A stretch of 63,060 nt of DNA, the filler included, from Reticulomyxa filosa (lineage: Eukaryota > Protista > Foraminifera): assembly GCA_000512085.1 (NCBI GenBank). It is 24 parts of 24 records of this genome, joined end to end, with 100 filler letters (N's around TTAATTAATTAA, not from the genome) between each part and the next. Parts side by side here need not be neighbours in the genome. Positions count along the whole stretch, not along the records: positions 14,112 to 20,647 come from ASPP01020407.1; positions 20,748 to 22,815 come from ASPP01000758.1; positions 22,916 to 24,677 come from ASPP01040941.1; positions 24,778 to 25,837 come from ASPP01038503.1; positions 25,938 to 32,091 come from ASPP01008841.1; 19 more parts are not named here. One strand, 5' to 3'. Position 1 is the first letter of the stretch. Every line of letters starts with the position of its first letter. The notes beneath the pieces were generated by a model. The model worked only from the letters and a program-made list of their open reading frames with translations, searched no databases and was not told the DNA's origin. The position numbers and the translations under genes were made by a program. Below are positions 14,112-27,971 of this stretch, in pieces.

Positions 14112-15585
14112 GGAGTTGTGTTAGCTTTCTTTCCTTTTCGAAGCCAAATGTAGTACACAAGAAAATAAGAGGCTGAACGAATGAAGCCACATGCTTTCCA
14201 TAACAGATCAAAAAATACAGCCGGAGATACTTTGTACCCGTCTGTTCAAACATCCACGTGCATGAGTAGTTAAAAGAAAAAGAGGCAGAGAATAAATGAC
14301 AAAATGAAAAGTAAAACTGGTAGCGACGATAGCAATAATAATGGGAACATTGGTGCATAAATCCAAGATAAACAAATGCAATGACACTCGAACAGCATGT
14401 CTTTCAGCCCCCCATCCCTCGATAGTCATCATTGGCAACATCCAACCAGTCAGTTGCAAAATGAAAATCACCCAATAGGTACTACACAATCCACTTTTAA
14501 AGCAAGCGTCTTTTGTATACGTGTGTATGTAAAGTAAAAAAAAAAGGTAAGGTAAAAGAAAAAAAAAAAAAAAAAAGGGGTAAGAAAAAAAAAAAAGATC
14601 AAACCGTGAGATGAATTGGTTTCTTTTTCATAAGCATTATGAAGGAGAAGGACAACAATAATGGTCAAAACAATATCGGACCACTCTTCCCAAAAGACAC
14701 TCCAGGCCATGTCAGGATTTTCTTTGAGCAAACGATTATAAAAAAAAAGCGAACACCACACCAATGCTGAGAAATGGCAGAAACATCGAAAGTAGTCCTC
14801 CACCCGCGGACTTCGGTTCAATACTACAAATGCCAAGCCGACGATATCGATAATGATACACACTACCAAAAAGATTGCAGCATACCGTCCACGTCCAGTG
14901 TGGCCATTCGGTGACTCTTTCGTCGCACCGCTAGGATATTTGTCGGCATAGATAGAAGCGCTTTCTGCAAAAATAGCCACTTTTATTTTTTGATTTTACC
15001 GTGTTTCAATGCAATTTACGTGTCCTTTTGTACACACAAACAATAGATTCAAAATGCAATCCATCAACTTAACCCGCTCCAACACAATCTATTTTGTTGT
15101 TGTTTATTATTGTTGTTGCCATGTGTCGCATCATCATATAAACTAGGGGAAAGGGGGAAATATTCATATGTGTTGAAAATTGGCATATTTTATTATTATC
15201 CCATCTGAAGTCTTCTCAAACTTTTTTTAATTCCAAAAAAAAAAAAAAAAAAGGATTGATCTAACTTAACACATGCCAAAACCAGGAGTACTAAAATCAA
15301 GGGTGATTAATGTCGGAATCCACATCACAAGACTCCAGTACAACCCGATAAAAGTCACCCATGCAAGCGCCATTTTCTTTTCGTTCCCAAAGTAAGAGAC
15401 GCCCAGGTTTTGAAAAATATTTGATCCAGGAGTTGCTTGTGCTGTGGATTTTTTTCTTCTTCGTTTCTTGTGCAGGTACACAGAAAAACAATCCTACCAG
15501 TATTGGTCTTTTCTCCTCTTGATTCGGAGAGTTCTGGTACATTTTCCGCTGTGTTGTGCACGTTATTCGCTTCTTGTTCTGACAT
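14112..15585 (-). CDS. Multi-pass membrane protein, multi-exon, 3'-truncated
   Basis: Several ORF pieces (15355-15585, 15266-15481, 14468-14980, 14208-14489) carry hydrophobic helices and are separated by poly-T introns. Confidence 0.55.
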
Positions 15586-17306
15586 TCTTTATATGTTTAT
15601 AGAAAATTGAGAGGATTGGCCGCGGTCACTCAAATTTTTTTAAATTTGTTTTTTAGAAAAATATTGTTTTTAAATCGTTACTCACAGAAAATCACTAAAT
15701 AGTGGGCAAAGGATCGAAATAGTAACATTTCTCAAAAATTTAATAGTTTTTATCCTTCTACTCTTATTGCAAAGCATAAAGTTACAAATCCATGTTTCCT
15801 TAATGTCGTTATCTATAGTAACATGTTAATTTTTTATGCGAGTATTGACAAATAGCGGTTATTTTTGGAAAAACACTTAAACTAGCTGAACTAACAACAA
15901 GACTTATTGCGCAATGTAGTGAGTGTTTTCATATCGAAATGTAGCTTAATATGTAGTACAATATATAATGTAATACAGAGTCAAAGTGACTATATTTTTA
16001 TTTAAATTCACAGCTGTCAGTTTCCTTTTCAAAAAATTTCATTACATCATCATATTTCCGAAATGTATCGATATGTACGCAAAAGTTTTAGGAATTAAAA
16101 TGTTCAAGTCCCTTCTTACTTTGATAACGTTAGTAGTGAGTTGTTATACACAAACATTTTTTCTTGTTTTATTATTTTCATTTTTGCTTTGTGTTTTGTG
16201 AGTTATTTTCTTATTAATTTAATTTGTTTTATTGAAAACCCATTTCAGTAACAAATTCTTTTAAGTCGATACTGTTCTTCATACAAAACTTCAATACAGT
16301 TTTCACATAAACCTCAAAAGAAAAATAAAATTACAAGTATAAACAAATACATATGTTTTATTTTAATTTCTTATTTAATTTACATTTGTATTCATAAACT
16401 GTAGTTTATCATTAAAACAATAAAGCACACAAAAATAATTTTATTGATAAAAGTTTAAATGCAACTTCTAACACTTGTACCTTTAGGTCACAGAAATTGG
16501 AAATACTTTAAATAATTGAATAATTTCATACCCGAAGCTTGTAATCAAAGCTTTAACTAATAAATTACTGAGTGTATTGACAAAATATTTTATTCAATAA
16601 CTAAATTGAAATATGTTTAATTGAAATGGAGATTTACACAAAATTTATTTTAGTGTCAACAAATCTTTTTTATGAACTTTTGCATAAAATTAGAGTAGAT
16701 TTTGTTTTTGGATTTAGTTTTTTTTGATGAAATGTAAGGCATAAAATTTACTTTCATATAACTGCACGTTATTGAAAGATTTTCTGCCATTTACTGGTAA
16801 TAAGGTATGTGCATTGAATTTTAAAAGAACTTGAAAATATTACATTTCCTTTTTTTCTCAAGAAAAAATAAATGCTAGGGAAGCTTGAAATTCTCCAAAA
16901 TCCCCTAAAAATTTTTCAAAATCCGCAATTTGCGAATTTTCCTGTTCATTATCCAAGACAATGCATTCGAATTAATGTAGAAAGATTTGTTTTATCAAAT
17001 AAGTACTTGAAGGCTTGACCACTAGCACTAGAGAAAGTAATCTTTTCATGCTGCAGTAAATGGCCACGTTCAAACAAAGTCTCAATGAAATTAGTTTGTC
17101 ACCAATGAAGAAATTTCATCATGCAACCAACTGTTTTTTTTACAAGTTGGTCGAATAAAAACTTCTTCGCTCGGGTTTGTTTTTTTTTGACACACGTCTT
17201 GAAAACAAATTTTTTGCCCGTAAACTTTGGTGCGAACACGCACAAAACAAAAACTACATTTTTTTTTTTTTTGCAGAGTTTCATTATTACACATTGTATT
17301 CTTTGC

Positions 17307-18283
17307 TTATGATGTTTCCTTGACTTCTTCCTTGTCTGCACCACCACCGTGTTCTTTTTGCCATTTTTCTTCTTCTTCGATTATACGATTAATCTCCTTT
17401 TTGGTCCAATTTTTTAATTAAGGTCGCGATTTTCGCACATCCCAAATGTAAAAGTGATTTGATATCTATTTTTTCGAGTATAAGGGAACTTGGTTATAAC
17501 CTTTTTTTCCCTTAATAAAAGTGTATACGTAAAATTTACAGAAAAATGCAACTTACCCATGTAGTTCGCGCCCTTTAATAATACATTTCAAAGTACATTT
17601 CCAACATGTAATGTTCACAAACATTGCATAATCAAAAAAACACACAACCAAAAAAATAAATCCTAGTTGTCAATTTTGGTATTTTCCCAGCCATATTATG
17701 TATACGTATACAAGTCTGAGAGGAGAAAATGTCCAAAAAAAACATACATACCAAAATTATTTCAAAAATGGCTTTTTTATCAAAGGCATCAATAAACTCG
17801 GCGTCCCATTTTACGGACACAATTTGTGACATTTCTGTTGATCGAACAGGGCATGGTAAAGGAGGGGGTTCTTCTCCTTTATGTTCGTTCAAATACTTTA
17901 CGATGTTCTCCAATGTGTCACTACCAACTTGACGCACTTCGATTTCCTTTGCAGTTGGATCACCTATTTACATGTGAACGAAATGTGACAAGCCCAATCA
18001 AGAGTTTTTTCAAAAACAACCAACACTCACTTTTGCCCCCTCTCCCTTATAATCCCCCTTTTGGCTGTTTTTTTACCCGCCCCTCCTCCATACCTTTCAA
18101 AATAGTCATGACAAAGTTAGACAATTTGCAATATTTCTTTTTTATGGAAAAGGATTTTCCGTCTTTGCCATCCTCCCCAACGGTTTTTAATACAATTTCA
18201 TCATCTCCATCGTCGTCTAGTCCACCTTGTTCTTCTTTGGTTACTGTTTCAGTGGGCTGTTCTTTTTTCTCTTCAGTGGACAT
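17307..18283 (-). CDS. SKP1: Skp1-family protein (divergent C-terminus)
   Basis: Exons 18283-18094, 17963-17752, 17572-17557 and 17465-17307 join in frame. They give ..L..IVKYL.EH...WDAEFI....IFEIIL-GANYM-DIKSLLHLGCAKIA, the Skp1 POZ plus dimerisation signature. Confidence 0.88.
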
Positions 18284-18934
18284 TATGTACTAATTGATAA
18301 CACAACAGACAACAGAATGGTCCAAGATAAAAAAATAAAGGCGCAGACGGAATGGTGAACACTACAAAAAAATTTTAACAAAAAAACTTCACACAGCACC
18401 TTTTAAAAGGTCGGCTAGTTTAAAAAGTTGCCGGCACTGGTTTTTCAAAGATCCACTTGAAAGTGCTTAAGCTCCATACTACACGACCCATTTAAAAAGG
18501 AAATCGCGAAACGAAAAAATAAAAATGAATAATACTCAAAAAAATAGAGAATATGAAAATGCTGGAAAAAGTAACAAGAAGTTTAAGAAACAGACAGCAC
18601 AACATTTTAACGACACATTGAAATTAAAACTAATACATATGTAACATTTAATTAACAGCAGTAAAACATACCCCTAAAATAAAGCCTTAGAAATAATTGA
18701 ATTTTCCACGAAAAACAATATTTTTTGGTTCATAACTTATGGATGTGAAAACAAACTTTTCAAAATGTTTGATTTAATAATAGTTTGAAAAGTGTGAAAA
18801 AGTTAGAATTTTGATGTGGTTTTTTAAAATGTTATGACAAAAAGACGATCGTTTGATTCGACCTAAATGATTTGTAGAACGAGTTAGGTGCGAAACGTTG
18901 AGAAGGAGAGAGGAACCCGGCATTTCTTAAGAAG

Positions 18935-20647
18935 ATGTCCGACTTGAATAAAACCTTACCTTTCTATTCTTTCGATGATGAGGACAATGAAGCCGATGAG
19001 TCGAATGTGCACGACACGTTGGCGTGGATGGATGCGATTCGTAAGAAAGTGGAGAGTAGTGAAAAAGCGAAGGAAACAGAGCCGGAGATGTTGGAAGACC
19101 CATTTGCAATGGAGGCGCCAAATGCAGAAGATGTGGAAGTGAGAAAAAAAGGGATACAAGAGATGACATTGCCCCTCTCTGCGACAATGGAAGAAAAGGA
19201 GAGCAATGAAGAAACGAAAGAGCAAGAAGCGATGGAAAGCGAAGCAACCAAAGCAAATGAGAACAAAGAAGAAGAAGCAGTAATTGGCAATAAATGCAGC
19301 GACGCACACAAAGAACAAGAAGAAAAGGAGAACATAAATTTGCTGAGTAATAAAAACGCGGATACAGTAAACAAAGAACAATCAAAAGAAGAAGAAGAAA
19401 AGAAAAAAGTAAGTATGCAAGATGATGTCAATGCGAATGGCAATAAAGAAGAAAATAACGATAAAGAAGAAAAAGAAGAAGAAGATGAAGTAGACAATAA
19501 TGAAGAAGAAGAAGAAGAAGAAGATGATGATGAAGATGATGAAGATGATGAAAATGAGGAAATGCAGTATGAATTAGAATTGGAAAGGGAATACAAAAAA
19601 GAACTCGAAAAAGATTTTGAAGCAAAGCCACAAAAGAACGTGGCAATGGTGGGACTATTGGAAAGGTTGAAGTTGCGACAAGCACCAATACGGTCTGTAT
19701 CGACGGAAACAACCACAACCGCCAACAAGAACAAGAACAACAAGAAGATGGACGAGCAGTTCATTCAATTGAAAATCGACAAAACGCCAATAAAGTCGGA
19801 CCTGCTCTTTAGCAACTTGGAAAAAAAAAAAGTGCTCAAACAAATATTGAGCGAGAAACAAGACTTTGCATTATCGCCGTCTCGCAACTCTTTGCATAAG
19901 CGTACCGCCATGAAGGTTTAGGCCATACGTATACACAAACACTTACATAACACACATACATTGCGGACTATTACATGAAACAATCGCTGTTGTAAGCTTA
20001 TTATGCTTTAATTTTTACAATGTGATGAAATAACAAAAATAATATAACAATAATTTTTTTTTTTTTTTTTTGGTCTGTTTGAATTGATGTGACACACACC
20101 AGCGAGTATTGCAACGAAGTGTTGCGAAACAGCGCACAAAACTTATTCGAAAACATCGGCGCGAATATGGCAACACTGAAAAGTATATTGACGTTGAAAT
20201 CAATACCACGCCATTCGATCGCTATGGCAACCATGGCTATGGTTATGGTGACAATAATAACTACGACAATGACAATGACAATGACAATGATAATGACAAT
20301 GATAATGATAATGATACTGATAAAAAAGATGAACATGGTAATAATAACAATGACAATGACAATGGTTATAACAATGAAAATGACAATGGCAATGGTTATA
20401 ATAATGAAAATGATAATAACAATAACAGTAACAGTAACAACAATAACAATGGAAATGGAAATGATGATATCGACGCAACCAAATCAACTGGCGACGACAC
20501 GAAGAAAGACGGCAGTGCTAATGTTGTTGATACGTATCCCTTGACCAATGATGACAAAGAGGAATCCAACATTGATAGTGGCAACAATGACAATAGCAAT
20601 AATAATAGCAATAATAATAATAATAATAACAATAACAATAACAATAA
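18935..20647 (+). CDS. Acidic/Asn-rich low-complexity hypothetical protein, 3'-truncated
   Basis: A 328-aa Glu-rich ORF is followed, after an intron-like gap, by an Asn/Asp-rich ORF running to the contig end. Confidence 0.6.
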
Positions 20648-20775
20648 NNNNNNNNNNNNNNNNNNNNNNNNNNNNNNNNNNNNNNNNNNNNTTAATTAAT
20701 TAANNNNNNNNNNNNNNNNNNNNNNNNNNNNNNNNNNNNNNNNNNNNAATGACATTTACTTTCAATAAAACCCGA

Positions 20776-22815
20776 TTAATGGTGCCACTGTGGTGCTCTC
20801 CAAGAATTAGATTCATTGCTGTTACTGTTGTCGCTGTCGCTGCTGTCGTTGCTACTACTGCTATCGCTGCTACTGTCACTGCTGTCACTGCTGTCACTGC
20901 TGCTACTGTCACTACTGCTGCTGTCACTGCTGCTGCTGTCACTGCTGTCACTGCTGCTGTCACTGCTGCTACTACTGCTAGATTCCGAGACTGAAATTGG
21001 ACAAGATTGAGTGTTGCATGGAACAGTTCCATGGCTGCTGCCTGGACAATTTTCAACTTGAATATTTTCATCACACACACTAACACAACGTCTGATGCGT
21101 GCCTGTTGACCTCCGCCGCATGGAGCACTGCAAGAGCCAAGGAGTTCCCAATCTGTCCATTGTCCGAAATTGCAGGAGTCTTTGCAAGGATTGGGTACAG
21201 AGACAAATGAATTGGTTGTGGTTAAGGTAGATGCACATCGATAACCTCCGCCTAAAGTAGCATCACCATTATCAGATATTGAAATATTTCCTTTCAAAAC
21301 AATTTGTAAAGATTGCGATTGTCCAGCTTTGATATCCAAGAATTCAAAATGCCAATAATTGGATTGAATAATAGCAGTAGGTATTGTTTCCAAAGTAATT
21401 GAGCGAAGATATCTATCAGATTGTGGTTCGCAATCACATCCCAAACGAATGGTAACATCAGTTAATGGTGCAGGAGAATCATCAAGTATATTGCATGATG
21501 GATTAGGTAATGTTGCACTTGTGTTAACACGCCAAGATATTGTAGTTGTATCAGTAGCAATATTATAATATGATTGAATAAATTGAATAGACCATTCAGT
21601 ATGTTCAACTGAGTCACAAGCATCCCAACACATATTTTTTAAGAATAAAGGATCACGATTATCACATTCATTTCCTTCATTTGAATCACTATTTGATGAT
21701 GAAGATTCAGAAGAATCCCAAGACCATTCATGTGGATGAGGAGGATATATTTCTTCACATATATTAGGAATCATTATTGTATCATTCACACATCTTTCAT
21801 CTTTTCCAAATAATTGATAACGTCCTGGTTTTAATGTTGCATGTCCTTTTAATGAAATTTCAAAATATTTACATTGTCCAGGTTCTACCTCCAATTCCCA
21901 AACCCATCCTCGATCTAATTCCGTTGTAAATCCATCTGGATCCATGTCTTTTGTTACAAAGTCAATACAAATATCACAATTGCAAGGAATTTGTAAAAAT
22001 AATTTGTCTAATTCCACTGGCAATGCATTAGGATTGCAACTGCTGAATGGATTTCGAGCATACACACATACTTGATATTGGACATATGTACGATCTTTGT
22101 GAACATCAAATTTGTAATTTGTCAATTCCAATTGCCATTCTGCTTCACTTGCATCACATGCACACTCTGGCGTTACAATGTGAGGAGGTGGAGGAATACA
22201 AACTGTCGGTGATAAAGTTGGGGATATTGTAGGAGAGAGTGTTGTTGGTTTCTTTGTTGGTGACTCTGTTGGATGCTTTGTTGGAGGACTTGTGGGTCTC
22301 TTGGTCGGTGGTGTTGTTGGCTTTCTAGTCGGAGGCTTTGTCGGACCTGGTGTTGGACTATAGGTTGGACTGTCAGTTGGGCTATAAGTTGGACTGTATG
22401 TCGGAGAATAAGTTGGACTATAAGTTGGACTGTAGGTCGGACTATAAGTAGGACTGCCAGTTGGTGAGTAAGTCGGAGAATAAGTTGGACTATTTGTTGG
22501 AGCATTGGTTGGAGAATAAGTCGGGGAATATGTAGGACTCTCTGTTGGTGAATATGTTGGAGAATACGTTGGAGAGTCAGTTGGCGAGTACGTTGGAACA
22601 TTTGTTGGACTTTCAGTCGGAGAGTATGTTGGGGCGTTGGTTGGTGAATAAGTTGGAGAATAAGTCGGGGAATACGTAGGACTCTCCGTTGGTGAATACG
22701 TTGGAGAGTAAGTTGGACTTTCTGTTGGGGAATACGTCGGGCTCTCTGTTGGTGAATAAGTTGGACTCTCTGTCGGTGAATACGTTGGGGAGTATGTTGG
22801 GGAATATGTTGGAGA
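20776..22815 (-). CDS. Extracellular adhesin/mucin-like protein: PT repeats, two Cys-containing domains, TSP1 domain, Ser/Asp tract (5'-truncated)
   Basis: The frame appears open from the contig edge (SPTYSPT repeats) through the TSP type-1 motif CNFGQWTDW...[16 protein letters not shown]...C.G......CNTQSC to an SSD-rich tail. Confidence 0.85.
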   Translation of the reverse strand, partial: SPTYSPTYSPTYSPTESPTYSPTESPTYSPTESPTYSPTYSPTESPTYSPTYSPTYSPTNAPTYSPTESPTNVPTYSPTDSPTYSPTYSPTESPTYSPTYSPTNAPTNSPTYSPTYSPTGSPTYSPTYSPTYSPTYSPTYSPTYSPTDSPTYSPTPGPTKPPTRKPTTPPTKRPTSPPTKHPTESPTKKPTTLSPTISPTLSPTVCIPPPPHIVTPECACDASEAEWQLELTNYKFDVHKDRTYVQYQVCVYARNPFSSCNPNALPVELDKLFLQIPCNCDICIDFVTKDMDPDGFTTELDRGWVWELEVEPGQCKYFEISLKGHATLKPGRYQLFGKDERCVNDTIMIPNICEEIYPPHPHEWSWDSSESSSSNSDSNEGNECDNRDPLFLKNMCWDACDSVEHTEWSIQFIQSYYNIATDTTTISWRVNTSATLPNPSCNILDDSPAPLTDVTIRLGCDCEPQSDRYLRSITLETIPTAIIQSNYWHFEFLDIKAGQSQSLQIVLKGNISISDNGDATLGGGYRCASTLTTTNSFVSVPNPCKDSCNFGQWTDWELLGSCSAPCGGGQQARIRRCVSVCDENIQVENCPGSSHGTVPCNTQSCPISVSESSSSSSSDSSSDSSDSSSSDSSSSDSSSSDSSDSSDSSSDSSSSNDSSDSDNSNSNESNSWRAPQWHH
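20810..20990 (-). repeat. AGC/AGT/GAC tandem repeat encoding an SSD/SSSD tract
   Basis: Translation [25 protein letters not shown]... Confidence 0.9.
22200..22815 (-). repeat. 12-bp-period tandem repeat encoding (S/T)PTx mucin-like PT repeats
   Basis: GTTGG/GTCGG cores recur with 12-bp period. Confidence 0.9.
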
Positions 22816-22915
22816 NNNNNNNNNNNNNNNNNNNNNNNNNNNNNNNNNNNNNNNNNNNNTTAATTAATTAANNNNNNNNNNNNNNNNNNNNNNNNNNNNN
22901 NNNNNNNNNNNNNNN

Positions 22916-23148
22916 TCTCTTGGATACTTACAAATAAACTTATATTCATCTTTGAGCAGATGATAAGAATAACATTCTCTTTTGTTCCAACCTCCACAAA
23001 TAAGGATTTCGTGTTTGTGCAATACACATTGAGACTTTGAAAGTGAAACAGGCATATCCTTCAAACTTTCAAAGTAAGTTGAAGTAATATTTTGACTTTG
23101 TTCACAGTTTCTTTCAATAGATTTTTGTGCTGTGTTTTGATTACCCAT
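22916..23148 (-). CDS. Kelch-like repeat family protein, N-terminus (truncated)
   Basis: MGNQNT start (possible myristoylation), then FESLKDMP..L..SQCVLHKHEILICGG....CYSYH.LK.EYKFICKYP, a Kelch GG motif. Confidence 0.75.
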
Positions 23149-24777
23149 ATTGGTAATATTAATGCAATTTATTTTTAAAAAAAAAAAAGGGAATGATGTT
23201 TTAACTTGTTTCAAAAAAGAGTTGCGTATTACAATTTTTCACAAATATCAATTTACTGTCTTATCTTTTCCATTCAACAAATTAAAAGAAATTGTGGAAA
23301 TTCTATATTGTGAACAAAGTAAATTATGAATACAAAGTAATAATAACGATAAAAATTGAACTTTATTTTAATTTTTTTATATTCACTCACTGTCTAATGA
23401 AGTAAAAAATCGAACAACTGATAGTATAGACTTACATAATTTATACAAAAAACATGGTTTAATTGTTGACTATGCCTTCAAATTATGATGAATTATTTTA
23501 CTGAAATAAACTTTTATTGACTTTGCATCAACCACTTGTGGTTATAAAAAGGAATATGCATAAATGAATCATGTTTCATGGTTATCAATGTGGAATTATT
23601 TTACAAAACATAAGAATTATCATTTTCTTTCAATATTTTTGTTAAAAAGAATGGAACTAACTGTTGTTTTTTTTTGGTTTTATCTTCTCATTAAATATTC
23701 TGTTACAATACAAAATGATGTTGTTGTATTTAAATCAAGCTATATTTTTACTTTTTCGTTATTACAAAAATTGAAAAAAAAAAATTTTAACATCTTATTG
23801 TTTTATAGTTTTCTGCATTGCAATAGCTTTATTCACTACTTCCAAATGTTTTTCAAATTTATTTGTAAATGTTCTAATCACTCTCTGAATACAAATTATT
23901 ACACCCAAATTGTTTTAATCAACAACTGTTACTTCAGTTGGATGAAAAAAGCATTAATAATTTTTCCCATTTGAACGGAAAGATAAAGATAGCATTGCTA
24001 TTATGATAATAGCTTTCTTATGTGTTGTAACGACAAGTGGACAAGTGTTATTGTTTATTGACTTTTTTTGTTGTTAAAAGAGGCAAAGAATTATAAATCA
24101 ATTATTTTGTTTTGCTCATTTGTCGCTTGATATACAACATAAAGATAAAATGTATTTCATTTTAACGACCACAAGGCTGCTTTATTGAGAAAGTGATAAT
24201 TTTTTTTCAATAAAAAAAGACACTGCAAATTTTAAAAAACAAAACACGAGCTAAAACCAACAAACCAAAAGAAATTAAAATCAAAAACAAACCTTAAAAA
24301 AAACAGGAAAACTCCTTCCGTTCGTATACATCTTTCCTTTTTATCTTCAATCTGCCTGTTTGTTTTAAAAAAAAAGCGAATACATTCGTTTAAAGATTAT
24401 TGTGGCTTTGAATCGATTATTTGGAAAGAAATTGATTTTCCCCTTATTTTTGTGTTCTCTCCTAAAATTTTCCAACAAGATCGGAAATCCATTCAACGAG
24501 CATTGGAAAAGTAAAAGGTTGGGTTGTTTTATGAGTGAGCAGATCAGATTGAAAAACGAATAAAACCTAGTGACTTAATTGAATTTAACAATGTCGAGTA
24601 GTGACAATACTGCACAAAAGACACAAACACCTCTGGAGCAGTTGCAAACTATATGCAAGCGCATCATCACTTGTGTTNNNNNNNNNNNNNNNNNNNNNNN
24701 NNNNNNNNNNNNNNNNNNNNNTTAATTAATTAANNNNNNNNNNNNNNNNNNNNNNNNNNNNNNNNNNNNNNNNNNNN

Positions 24778-25837
24778 TAACAACATGATTCAAGATTTTG
24801 ATAATAATAACATTCCTTTGCAAAGTGTTACATTAACATCGCCAAGTGTTTTGGAAGAATTGTTGTTACTTCAATTCCATGACAACCCCATCCTTGCTCA
24901 TCAAGTTATCATAAACTTATTTATTTATTTTTATTTATGCTCTCGAATACAAAAAGTACTAGGAAATTCAACAATTTAAAAAAAAAAAAGTGGTTTGAAA
25001 CAGCTCAAGGTATACGTATAATGGAGCAACGACGATCGATAGTAGAAGGTGAACTGCAACAAATGCAAATGGAAATGCAGCTGCAATTCCAACATCTCGA
25101 ATTTCACAATTTGTCTGGGGGGATGCAGTTGCTTGCTATCTTTCAGAACAACAAGGATAAAAAAATACAAGAGTTGCAAACTTGCAACAGCAAATTAAAT
25201 GAGCTCCAAGTTTCCATTTCTTTTTTTTAATTTTTATATATACATATATAAAAAAAAAGAACATGTGATCCTCTTTGTCGTTGTGTGATAGCAAAATAGA
25301 CACAATCTATCAGTACGTGTGTATCAACTGCTCATGGATCGATTGCTACAATTGTCGTCAGAATGCAGGCCATCACCAATGACAGCTGATGACAATGCGG
25401 ACAATCTATCAGATGCAGCCACGTTGAAATTTGGAGTACAGTCCAATGTCACGCAAATGCCAAATGGACAGCCCGCATTGAATATACTGACGGGCAATAC
25501 CATTGAGAACAGCGTGATGACGACTGCACATAACAATATCGATATCAATATCAATAGCAATATCAATAGCAATGGAAATGAGCAAGTACAAATGCAAATA
25601 TCATTAAATGAAAAAGAAATAGTCGACAGTACAAAGAATACAAACTGTGTGGTAGCAACGTCGCACTTGCAACAGTATGCACGTGTGCAGGAAGAGAAGG
25701 CAAAAATAGAATGGAAATTGCAGGAAATTGATGTGAAGCACCAACACTTGGCGTACGAAATCAATCGACTCAGCGAAGTGCAAAGACTGTTCAAAATCAA
25801 TGCAAGCGTGAATTTGGATCGCAACATACAGTTTCAG
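24778..25837 (+). CDS. Coiled-coil/Gln-rich hypothetical protein, internal exons
   Basis: Three ORF blocks separated by AT-rich intron-like gaps. The segments are Q/E/L-rich and heptad-like. Confidence 0.5.
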
Positions 25838-27971
25838 NNNNNNNNNNNNNNNNNNNNNNNNNNNNNNNNNNNNNNNNNNNNTTAATTAATTAANNNNNNN
25901 NNNNNNNNNNNNNNNNNNNNNNNNNNNNNNNNNNNNNAAAAAAAAAGATTGGTCGATCATTAAAATTGACACGTGTCAATGTCTTCTTCGTAAACTTAAT
26001 GGTAATACGAAGAAGCTAAATGAAATCTTTTAGAAAAATACAATCTCTTAAAAGTAAATGATATCACCAAAAAATACTGTAGTAAAATGCATTCTAAAAA
26101 TTTTAAATCAAATGAAAATTTAAAATTCTGAAAAATTTTGTAGTGTAGGAATACGACTTACTTTCATACTAATAAAAACACAATAAATTAAAAATGATTT
26201 CCAAAAAAAAGACGAGAAACAAGAAATAAAAATGTTAGTTCAAATTTCTGAAACACAAAAATTGTCCAAATTTGACATTCGTTCATATGCAGCCGAATTA
26301 ATCTTAAGTTTTCAACAGTTTTTCCAAGGTTTTTTGAAAAGGATATTGAAACAACTGCTATAAAAAAATAACTAAAATCGATTCCAGGCTTTGATTATTG
26401 GTCTGGATATACCTGTTGTATTGGTGTGTATTGCTTCTCTCTCAATTGATCCTTAAACTTTTGAAAAGTTTGCAACAGCTTCATAAAAGAGCCAAATGTC
26501 AATTGAAACTTGATTATTTATTCTAACAAGAGATTGACCGCAAAAGAAATTTCAACGCGATTACTGCTTTGAAGGCTCCACTCTACAAATTTTTTAACAA
26601 TGAAGAAACTTTGACCAAGTTTATTCAATTTCTGAATAATCAACTTTTCCACATTGTAAAAACTATTTTCCTCAGATAGCAAGAAAATTAAAGCAGACAT
26701 GAATTTCCAAATTTCACAAGTGATACATACTTTTTTTCAATTCATTTTTTTTACTATTTTAGAAAGAAAATGAAAAGAATAATCTTTTCTTTTGTCAACA
26801 ATTTTATTTTCTAACAAAAAGAACAAATACAACGAAATAATTTTACTAACTTTTGTTCAGTATTTTTCATTGACAAATGTGAAAAAATCAATTTTGTCAT
26901 AAATTTTGTTAGCAAAACTAATAAGTTTTTCAACTATAAATACAATACATTTTAGCGTGTAAAAAATAGTATAAAAAGTGTGATTCATGTGCTGAAACTA
27001 TGAAATATAATTATTTTTCAGATTTTAGTTTATATTGTGTAAGTATATTCAATTGTTCCACAAATCAAGGACATTCAATTTATGTATTTTTTCATATCAT
27101 TTGTAATGTTGTATATATTACAAAAAAAGTATGCATATATGTCACATTCACTACACTTCTTTTTTTGAAATTTTTACAAAATTTTTATTCTTTGTAAATT
27201 CATTTGATTTAAAAAAATGATTTTTAGTTTTGTGATAAGGGTCACTTGCATGGCAAATAATAATACAATGTTTGTTAGACAAAAAAGTATATGTAATTTC
27301 CAATAAAAAACACATTTGTAACAAATTTACAAAGTTGTGGCATAGCAGACAAGACAACTCCAAAAATTGTGGAAAATAGAAGTAAATGCGTAAAATTTTT
27401 AAGCTTGTGCAATTATTATAATTGTTCATGTAAAAATTGTTTGGAATATCAAAAAGAAAAGAAGTCAGTCAAATGATAGATTAACAAATGATTGCAATAC
27501 AAAACATTTGTCATGTTTTTAACTCCGTGCGTCAGATTGTACGACGCTTTAAATCTTTTCAAAAAAAGAGAATAAATGAATACATAAAAAGATAACAAAT
27601 TTGCTGAATTTTATTATTGATTTATTCGTATTTATCACTCAATTTTTTCTCATACATTGCCACAACTATTACCATTGATCATTTTCTCATATTTAGTTTT
27701 ATTTGTTCCATCATTTCACAGATCTTTTTCCTTTTCCATTGTGCTTCCATTGTCACATTTTGCTTGTCTTAATCATTATTATACGAATTTTATATTTATT
27801 TTATAAAAATTTTTAAAAGTTTATAATTAAAATAAAGTGTATTCTACCTTTTTTTGGAAGTGTTTAAAGTTTGGATGTGCAAGTACTGGATTGGGAAAAA
27901 AACTAGTGGCCGTCCCAACATTTCCATAACTAACAAAAAAGCTTCAAGTAATATCAATAATTTAAAAAAAG

